Shown: in pieces, positions 23,784 to 29,381 of the stretch | Layout: every line of letters begins with the position of its first letter | Position numbering within the stretch: position 1 is the first letter of the stretch | Assembly: GCA_964355955.1 (NCBI GenBank) | Contig: CAYHFQ010000012.1 | Coordinates: 1 to 31,292 of the forward strand | Direction of reading: 5' to 3' | From: an uncultured Gammaproteobacteria bacterium | GTDB taxonomy: Bacteria; Patescibacteriota; Patescibacteriia; UBA9934 | Length of the DNA stretch: 31,292 bases | Notes under the pieces: model-generated | Seen by the model: only the letters and a program-made list of their open reading frames with translations | Told to the model about the DNA's origin: nothing | The model's database searches: none | Position numbers and translations under genes: made by a program

Positions 23784-25181
23784 CTAGTAAGCGCCGGTTT
23801 TGCCGAAGACGGCTAGGGGCGTTTTGAGCAAAATGATAAGGTCGAGCCAGGGGCTCCAGTTTTCGATGTAATACATATCCAGTCTTACCTCATCTGCGAA
23901 ATCTAGGCTAGCCCGGCCGCTGACTTGAGCCATGCCGGTAATGCCTGGTTTGATGGTGAGGACTTGGCGTTGTTCCGGGCGGTAGCTGGCGACTTCTTCG
24001 GGGAGATGAGGGCGAGGGCCGACCAAACTCATGGTGCCGCTTAAGACCAGGTAAAATTGGGGGATTTCGTCTAGGCTCCAAGCGCGGAGGAGTTTGCCGA
24101 CCTTGGTGACGCGAGGGTCGTTGTGGAGTTTGAAGAGTGGGGTGCCTTCGCGTTCGTTGCCGTATTTTTTGATGAAGTCGGGATCGAAGCGGAGTTTGTG
24201 GGCGTCGCGTACCATGGTGCGGAATTTGAGGAAGGGGAAGGTGTGACCGCCTTGGCCGACGCGGTGGAGGCCGAAGAAAATTGGCCCGGGATTTTCGATC
24301 ATGATAGCCAGGGCGATGATGATTTGCAGGGGAAGAGTGAGAATGATGAGAATGAGGGAGACTAGAATGTCGAAGCTGCGCTTATAAATGGCACCCCAGC
24401 CACCCATGGGAGTTTTAGGGACTTCAATAACGGGGAGGCCAGCGAAGGTGTGAATGATTGGCCGAGCGGTGCCGCTTGGGACGAGATCTGCTGAGTAGGC
24501 GAAAGTTAAGTGTTCAACGTCGGTGAAGAACTTGATGTCTTCCACTTCTTGGCGGCTGAGGTTAGGATCCGCGGCAATGATGAGGTCTAAACTGTCGTGA
24601 TGCTTGAGGTTGAGGAGGGTCGACTTGGCGCTGGCAAAATCGGCAGTTTGGGCGACAACGTGATAGCCGTGACGACGAGTGGCGGTGAAGTAGTCACGGA
24701 GGGCGTCACCGCTTTTGGTTTTGCCAATGATGGCGACGTTCGTTAAGCCAATGTCAAAAGAGCGGAGTGAACGTTGCAGGCCGCGCAAGGCTAGACGGCC
24801 GATGATGACAAAGACGACGGCGAGGGCCCAGGCGGCCAACATGATAAAACGTGATTCAAAAAGAGTGCGGGAGAAGAAGGCGATGGCGAGAACGGCGGCG
24901 AAACTGGTGGAGGTAGCTAGGAAGACGCGGCTAGCTTCGACAGCGATACCGCGAGGGCTCAAGCGGTAGAGGCCGGTCATGGCGAAGACGACAATGAAAA
25001 CGAGGGCGATAAGCAGGACGACGTGGAGGTAACTGGCGAAGGGGAGGGAAAAGGAGACCGGGCGCTGGCGGATGATGGCGTCGGCAAAGCGGAGACTGTA
25101 AGCAGCGGCAGCGGCTCCGACTAAGGCGAGATAGTCGAGTGGCACGGTGGCGGCAGCGAAGGCGAGATTGGCACGTTTCAT
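23784..25181 (-). CDS. polyprenyl glycosylphosphotransferase (bacterial sugar transferase, WbaP/WcaJ-like)
   Basis: Several N-terminal TM helices. The C-terminal domain reads KRSFDILVSLILIILTLPLQ..FLKFRTMV..DEIPQFYLVLSGTMSLVGPRP. ATG 25181 was chosen. Confidence 0.85.
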   Translation of the reverse strand: MKRANLAFAAATVPLDYLALVGAAAAAYSLRFADAIIRQRPVSFSLPFASYLHVVLLIALVFIVVFAMTGLYRLSPRGIAVEASRVFLATSTSFAAVLAIAFFSRTLFESRFIMLAAWALAVVFVIIGRLALRGLQRSLRSFDIGLTNVAIIGKTKSGDALRDYFTATRRHGYHVVAQTADFASAKSTLLNLKHHDSLDLIIAADPNLSRQEVEDIKFFTDVEHLTFAYSADLVPSGTARPIIHTFAGLPVIEVPKTPMGGWGAIYKRSFDILVSLILIILTLPLQIIIALAIMIENPGPIFFGLHRVGQGGHTFPFLKFRTMVRDAHKLRFDPDFIKKYGNEREGTPLFKLHNDPRVTKVGKLLRAWSLDEIPQFYLVLSGTMSLVGPRPHLPEEVASYRPEQRQVLTIKPGITGMAQVSGRASLDFADEVRLDMYYIENWSPWLDLIILLKTPLAVFGKTGAY

Positions 25182-25200
25182 AATGCGTTTAGTGTAACAC

Positions 25201-25222
25201 AAAACCGTCCTTTTGGGACGGC
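25201..25222 (-). terminator. intrinsic terminator downstream of RNase P RNA
   Basis: Minus strand reads GGCCGTCC-caaaag-GGACGG followed by TTTTGTGTT. Confidence 0.7.
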
Positions 25223-25249
25223 CTTATGATAGTGGGGGATGGGAGTCAC

Positions 25250-25646
25250 AATTGGTGTTCAGGGGGAGCCGATAAGCCGGATTTTGTCATGGACGGTAAT
25301 CTCTCTAGGCCCACGATTGCTCGGGGGCTCAGGCGAACGACCAAACTTGTTCTTGCACCAAGACGGGTTTGCCACAACTCCGTGTCACCACGGGTTGACC
25401 ACTGTAGCGACATAACTGCTATGTCACACCAGTAGACTTTTCACGTTTCACTCGGTCATTGCTGACCGGGCTAGTATAGTCTCTGTGGTACTTTCCCTAG
25501 GCTTTGCGTCTTGCGACGTTTATACCCGATCGCCGTTAGCGATGTCTTTTGGCCCGTAACCTTACGGCTATGGAGGTGTCCGGACTTTCCTCTTGATGGA
25601 GTCGCAAGCGGCTCGCACAAGTAACCGTCTAGCTACCCTGAACGCT
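25250..25646 (-). ncRNA. rnpB: RNase P RNA, bacterial type A
   Basis: Minus strand carries GAGGAAAGTCCGGACACCTCCATAG (25592-25568; compare E. coli GAGGAAAGUCCGGGCUCCAUAG). It also carries ACAAAATCCGGCTTATCGG (25286-25268; compare ACAGAACCCGGCUUAUCGG). The P1 pairing is GTTCAGGG (25643-25636) with CCCTGAAC (25263-25256). Confidence 0.9.
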
Positions 25647-25649
25647 GCG

Positions 25650-25678
25650 AGTATAGCAAAAATTAGTTGTTTTGTAAA
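25650..25678 (-). promoter_or_regulatory. rnpB promoter TTTACA-17-TATACT with TGc extended -10
   Basis: I counted the spacer AAACAACTAATTTTTGC as 17 nt. The predicted TSS coincides with the start of P1. Confidence 0.7.
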
Positions 25679-25705
25679 GCAAATTCCCCAGGCGGAGCTG
25701 GGGAA
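25676..25705 (-). terminator. intrinsic terminator ending the island-2 operon; overlaps the rnpB -35
   Basis: Minus strand reads TTCCCCA-gctccgcc-TGGGGAA followed by TTTGCTTT. Confidence 0.6.
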
Positions 25706-25777
25706 TGAGACGGGCCACAGTCGTTCGCGAACGACGTGGCGGGTGTTCAGCGCGATTACATCGGCTGAACGAGACGG

Positions 25778-25864
25778 TTACGGGGAGTGGCGAGAGCGCC
25801 AGATGACGATGGCGAGGCCAAGCACCACGGCGGCGGCTAGCCAGTAGTCAGCAGCAGTGCGCAT
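25778..25864 (-). CDS. possible 28-aa single-TM micropeptide (MRTAADYWLAAAVVLGLAIVIWRSRHSP)
   Basis: Hand-translated and below the ORF-track cutoff. It overlaps the end of the 58-aa ORF in another frame. It has a hydrophobic core and a basic tail. I saw no clear SD. Confidence 0.25.
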   Translation of the reverse strand: MRTAADYWLAAAVVLGLAIVIWRSRHSP

Positions 25865-26013
25865 TCGGCCACCTCCTCTTCGGGGCTACAGGCGTCCCAG
25901 TCGTCGAGGGTCAACTCGTGAACTCGGCCATCGGCGTGGTGGATGGTAGCCTGGCCGCCTGGTCCGACTACGACCAGGTAGCTGGTCGACGACTTGATCT
26001 TGTCGTCGCTCAT
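25837..26013 (-). CDS. small acidic hypothetical protein (58 aa), island 2
   Basis: ATG 26013 overlaps the upstream stop as ATGA (26013-26010), which suggests translational coupling. GC3 is high. Confidence 0.5.
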   Translation of the reverse strand: MSDDKIKSSTSYLVVVGPGGQATIHHADGRVHELTLDDWDACSPEEEVAECALLLTTG

Positions 26014-26528
26014 GAGCCCACCTGCTGAACCACGTTCTTGCCGGTGGCGATGTCCCAGTAGCGGATCTGCTCGATCAGTCCCGACCAATCCTTGACCGAG
26101 GCCCAAGCAATCTTGGGGCAATCCTCGGGGTCGACGAGCAACAGCAGGTCGGCCGGGACGTTCGGGTAGATCGAAACTTCCTGCCTAGAGCCACTGGCCG
26201 CGAGATGTCGAGGATGGAAAGGGCCCTCGTTATCCCAGACATCGTGGTGCCGGGCGTCGCCGATGATCTCGAGCTTGGCGTTGTCGCCGAACTTGAGGCC
26301 CTTGCCGAGGTCGAGTTCGGTGAGCCTGGCCTCGCCTTGGGTGGCGGTGACGACGATGGCGGCGACCTGGCCGTGGGCGCGACACTCCTCAGCCGTGTTT
26401 GGCGTGAAGCTGACGGTCAGGATGGCCGGCAAGGTGTTGGTGGCGACGAAGCTCGGGTCGATCTCACCGTCAACCGGTGCGCAGGAGGTGGCGAGGCCGA
26501 GGGAAAGGGCGAGGATGAAGTTGCGCAT
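26010..26528 (-). CDS. putative lipoprotein (172 aa), island 2
   Basis: ATG 26528 has GGAGG 5 nt upstream. The signal peptide is MRNFILALSLGLATSC with a relaxed lipobox. The track N-terminal extension crosses the leader repeat. Confidence 0.65.
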   Translation of the reverse strand: MRNFILALSLGLATSCAPVDGEIDPSFVATNTLPAILTVSFTPNTAEECRAHGQVAAIVVTATQGEARLTELDLGKGLKFGDNAKLEIIGDARHHDVWDNEGPFHPRHLAASGSRQEVSIYPNVPADLLLLVDPEDCPKIAWASVKDWSGLIEQIRYWDIATGKNVVQQVGS

Positions 26529-26580
26529 GGGCGCCTCCGAAAGGGGGTGAGGGGTGGGTGGTGAATTTAGGGAGGGAATG

Positions 26581-26656
26581 TCCGCCCTTCGCTGCGCATG
26601 AGCCTTTGATGTTGGAGCTCGTGAACAAGGAAGGGCCGGCCGAGTGTGAGAACTCG
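26581..26656 (-). repeat. island-2 structured leader element, copy 1
   Basis: Minus strand reads CCGAGT-tctcac-ACTCGG, GCCGGCCCTTCCTTGTTCACGAGC...GCTCATGCGCAGCGAAGGGCGGA. P1 is CCCTTC/GAAGGG and encloses a CACGAGC hairpin. Confidence 0.75.
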
Positions 26657-26682
26657 ACGGGACTTGCGGGTGGATGATGAGC

Positions 26683-27078
26683 TCAAGCATTGATGTAACA
26701 CTTGAGGACATCGGTGGCGGCCCTGCTCAACGTCGCGGCGTCGGGCCGGAAATTGCCAGTGGGGCCGAGCACGGAGTCGATGGTGCCGTCGGAGTTGTCG
26801 TCGCCCAGGTGGAGGGTGACGAAGCCGCCGACGTCGCCGTTCGTGTTCTGCACGGTCATGATGAGGTAGAGCGTGCGCAGGCCGTTGTCGCGAACGGTGA
26901 GGCCGACGCTGTTGCTCAAGCCGACTGGGCAGTCGAAGCTGTCAAAGTAGTCGGTGGCACCGTTGACCGCAATGGCTCGGCTGGTGCTGCTCAGCTTGAG
27001 ATCCGCGGCGGCAGCGAGCGCGCTCGGCACAGTGGGTTGGCCGGCGGCGAGGGCGAGGGTGACGAGGGTGGGAATCAT
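26683..27078 (-). CDS. small secreted protein (131 aa, two Cys), island 2
   Basis: GGAG lies 6 nt upstream. The signal-like N-terminus is MIPTLVTLALAAGQPTVPSALAAAAD. GC3 is near-saturated. Confidence 0.65.
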   Translation of the reverse strand: MIPTLVTLALAAGQPTVPSALAAAADLKLSSTSRAIAVNGATDYFDSFDCPVGLSNSVGLTVRDNGLRTLYLIMTVQNTNGDVGGFVTLHLGDDNSDGTIDSVLGPTGNFRPDAATLSRAATDVLKCYINA

Positions 27079-27109
27079 GGGTGCTCCAGAGTTTCAGGGA
27101 AGAGTGATT

Positions 27110-27176
27110 TCCGCCCTTCGCTGGGCACGAGATAGGCTCGTGAACAAGGAAGGGCCGGCCGAGTGTGAGAACTCGG
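27110..27176 (-). repeat. island-2 structured leader element, copy 2
   Basis: Nearly identical to copy 1 outside the inner loop. It abuts the stop codon of the 66-aa gene. Confidence 0.75.
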
Positions 27177-27377
27177 CTAGAGGGAGGCGACAGCGGGGCT
27201 GGTGGGAGCAGGACGGTAGAAGTCCTCCAGACCGGCGTCGTCGCGGTAGATCTGCCAGATGGCAGGGAGAGCTGGCGTGGACTCGGCCGGGATGGCGCCG
27301 AGATCGATGACGACCGGGGCGCTGGCCATGGGCTTGGTGGAAGTGCAGGCCAAAAGGGCAAGGATAAGAAGGGTCAT
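27177..27377 (-). CDS. small lipoprotein (66 aa), island 2
   Basis: MTLLILALLAC has a canonical L-L-A-C lipobox. GGAG lies 9 nt upstream. Confidence 0.6.
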   Translation of the reverse strand: MTLLILALLACTSTKPMASAPVVIDLGAIPAESTPALPAIWQIYRDDAGLEDFYRPAPTSPAVASL

Positions 27378-27412
27378 GGGGTGGCTCCGGTGGCTGGTAG
27401 GGAAGATTGATT

Positions 27413-27488
27413 TCCGCCCTTCGCTGAGCGCGAGAATGGCTCGTGTTCAAGGAAGGGACGGGTAGGTGCGAGAAGGCGCACACTACCC
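27413..27488 (-). repeat. island-2 structured leader element, copy 3 (divergent first hairpin)
   Basis: The core CCCTTCCTTGAACACGAGC..CTCAGCGAAGGGCGGAAATCA is conserved. The upstream hairpin is replaced by GGGTAGTGTGCGCC..GCGCACCTACCC. Confidence 0.7.
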
Positions 27489-27510
27489 AGAACGCGGCTC
27501 ACTGGTGGCC

Positions 27511-27690
27511 CTAGAAGAGGCCAGCCACGAAGTGCCAGGCGAGGGCGATGTCGGTGACGAAGTTGGTGCTGGCGGCGAGCGCGATGCTCGCGTAGGCCAG
27601 GATGATGATCAACATCATGCGGGTTTGACCGCTGGTGATGATGTTGTCGTTGCCGAGGGTGTCGAAGTATGTGACCGGGGTGTTGGACAT
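27511..27690 (-). CDS. small membrane protein (59 aa), island 2
   Basis: ATG 27690 has GGAG 9 nt upstream. A polar 24-aa N-terminus precedes the hydrophobic MMLIIILAYASIALAAS..IALAWHFVAGLF. Confidence 0.5.
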   Translation of the reverse strand: MSNTPVTYFDTLGNDNIITSGQTRMMLIIILAYASIALAASTNFVTDIALAWHFVAGLF

Positions 27691-27823
27691 GGCGGGTGCT
27701 CCGGGAGTTGGTGGGCTGTTCGGCTGCGGAAATGCAGACCGGTGATGCGCAGAACCCGAGGAGACGGGTGGGTTCTGCACACGGCCGGTGCGGCCTCAGT
27801 GAGAGGCCGCGGTGGCGACGAGA

Positions 27824-28228
27824 TCAGCTGCGGTTGTCCGGCAGCTGCCAGCGCCCATCGACTTCCACCAGCTTGATGGGGTGGTCGGCGCACCAGGGCA
27901 AGACCTGGCTCGGCTGCGTGGGTTTGTAGCTCGCGAAGTCGTGGCAGATGTCGCCGACGATGGGGCGCTCTGTCGGGAAGAGGAGCATGCCCACGATGCC
28001 GCCGATGGCTGCGCAGATCATGACTGCCAGGCCGAGGACTGGCCAGGAGAAGATGTCCCAGCTCGTGTACAGGGTCGAGGCGACGCCGATGATGGCACCG
28101 ACCAGCGCACCGATGAAGGACCGGCGGTTGAAGACCGGGATCAGCAGGTCGATGACGAAGAACGTGAAGATGGTGAGGAACAGAAAGACGGTGGTGATGA
28201 CGATGCCGAGGAGGCGAAGAAGGCGCAT
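27824..28228 (-). CDS. integral membrane protein (134 aa, about 3 TM) with Cys/Trp-containing C-terminal tail, island 2
   Basis: ATG 28228 has GGAG 6 nt upstream. GC3 is near-saturated in this frame only. The competing ORFs 27615..28265 (-) and 27812..28255 (+) are Pro/Arg/His- or Asp/Gly-rich shadows. Confidence 0.65.
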   Translation of the reverse strand: MRLLRLLGIVITTVFLFLTIFTFFVIDLLIPVFNRRSFIGALVGAIIGVASTLYTSWDIFSWPVLGLAVMICAAIGGIVGMLLFPTERPIVGDICHDFASYKPTQPSQVLPWCADHPIKLVEVDGRWQLPDNRS

Positions 28229-28265
28229 GGAGACTCCGGGGGTTTGGGGGGATAGTAGCCCACAT

Positions 28266-28294
28266 ATAATAGCAAAAAATGGCCTGTTTGTCAA
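28266..28294 (-). promoter_or_regulatory. sigma70 promoter TTGACA-17-TATTAT (TGc extended -10) driving island 2
   Basis: I counted the spacer AACAGGCCATTTTTTGC as 17 nt. The -35 hexamer sits in the loop of the trpS terminator. Confidence 0.65.
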
Positions 28295-28302
28295 GCCATT
28301 TT
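28272..28302 (-). terminator. trpS intrinsic terminator
   Basis: Minus strand reads AAAATGGC-ttgacaaacag-GCCATTTT followed by TTGC. Confidence 0.6.
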
Positions 28303-28316
28303 GAGCTAAATTTGCT

Positions 28317-29300
28317 TTAGGTTAGCAACATTCCCATTTTCTGTTTGGCCTCCTGAACCTTCTTTTTGGCTAAAATGTCGGCCTTAACGCTACCTTGACG
28401 GAGAAGCTCGATGAGGGCTGGTTCGTCCGCTAACAGCAGGTTAATTTTGCTTTGCAGGGGAAGGAGGAAGGCAATGATGGCCTCGGCGAGATCCGTTTTG
28501 AGGTACTTGGCCCCGAGATTCTCGTACTTGAGGGCGAGGTCGGCAGCTTGAGTACCAGTGACGAGAGAGAAGATGGTGAGGAGGTTGTAGAGGCCGGGGC
28601 GGTTGGGGTCGAGAGTAATATGTGGGTCGCTGTCGGTGACGGCGGACATGATCTTTTTGGTGATGACGTCAGCGTCGTCCATGAGGGAGATGTAGCTTTT
28701 GGCGTTCGGGGCACTCTTGCTCATTTTCTTCTCCGGTTCGGTTAAGGACTTGAGGCGAGCGCCGGTAGTTCGGATGAGGGGTTTGGGGACAATGAAGGTT
28801 GGGCCGAAGTCGCGGTTGAAACGTTCGGCGAGATCGCGGGCTAACTCGACGTGTTGCTTTTGGTCTTCGCCGACTGGAACAGTAGCAACGTCGTAGAGGA
28901 GAATATCGGCGGCCATGAGAATAGGGTAGGTGAAGAGGCCGACCGAGACATTTTCGCCTTTGCCGGTCGCCTTGTCCTTGTACTGCGTCATGCGTTCCGC
29001 TTCACCCATGCGGCAGACGGTTTGCAAGAGCCAAGCGAGTTCGGCGTGCGCGGGTACGGTGGATTGCTGCCAGAGGATGGTTTTGTTGGGGTCGACGCCA
29101 GCAGCTAAGTAAGTGGCGGCCAGGAAGAGAATGTTTTTGCGTAAGGCGGCCGGGTCTTGCGGCACGGTGATGGCGTGTAAGTCCACGATCATCATGAGGA
29201 GCTCCGAGGAGTCCTGAAGTTCCAGCGCGGGCAAGATGGCGCCGAAGTAGTTGCCGAGGTGGAGGATGTTGGTGGGCTGAATGCCGGTGATGGTACGCAT
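28317..29300 (-). CDS. trpS: tryptophan--tRNA ligase
   Basis: 327 aa. It has TGIQPTNILHLGNYFGA (HIGH-type motif) and KMSKS, with a typical TrpRS length. Confidence 0.92.
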   Translation of the reverse strand: MRTITGIQPTNILHLGNYFGAILPALELQDSSELLMMIVDLHAITVPQDPAALRKNILFLAATYLAAGVDPNKTILWQQSTVPAHAELAWLLQTVCRMGEAERMTQYKDKATGKGENVSVGLFTYPILMAADILLYDVATVPVGEDQKQHVELARDLAERFNRDFGPTFIVPKPLIRTTGARLKSLTEPEKKMSKSAPNAKSYISLMDDADVITKKIMSAVTDSDPHITLDPNRPGLYNLLTIFSLVTGTQAADLALKYENLGAKYLKTDLAEAIIAFLLPLQSKINLLLADEPALIELLRQGSVKADILAKKKVQEAKQKMGMLLT

Positions 29301-29308
29301 ATAGGACT

Positions 29309-29317
29309 AGAGTAACA
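29309..29317 (-). promoter_or_regulatory. extended -10 TGtTACTCT, 8 nt upstream of the trpS ATG
   Basis: Minus strand reads ttTGtTACTCTagtcctatATG. No SD is present. Confidence 0.4.
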
Positions 29318-29326
29318 AATTTTGAG

Positions 29327-29369
29327 AAAAAAAACACCTCGCCGGACGCTTGCACGCGATCCGGGAGGT
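29327..29369 (-). terminator. rnj intrinsic terminator
   Basis: Minus strand reads ACCTCCCGGA-tcgcgtgcaagcg-TCCGGCGAGGT followed by a run of 8 T. Confidence 0.8.
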
Positions 29370-29381
29370 ATTTTTTGTGCG

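Noticed and set aside
25226-25300. Possible tmRNA or tRNA 3' end (tgggggatgggagtcacaattgg resembles a reverse-complemented acceptor/T-arm)
   Set aside because: There is no GTTCRANYC T-loop. The region is fully explained as the 3' P1 strand and downstream tail of RNase P RNA, with conserved GGCTTATCGG and GAGGAAAGTCCGG motifs on the minus strand.
27615-28265. 216-aa minus-strand ORF (Pro/His/Arg-rich) and 147-aa + ORF overlapping the 134-aa membrane protein
   Set aside because: Their composition is implausible, with poly-P/R/H stretches, and they have no SD. The frame starting at 28228 has a clean TM pattern, a GGAG SD and G/C at nearly every third position.
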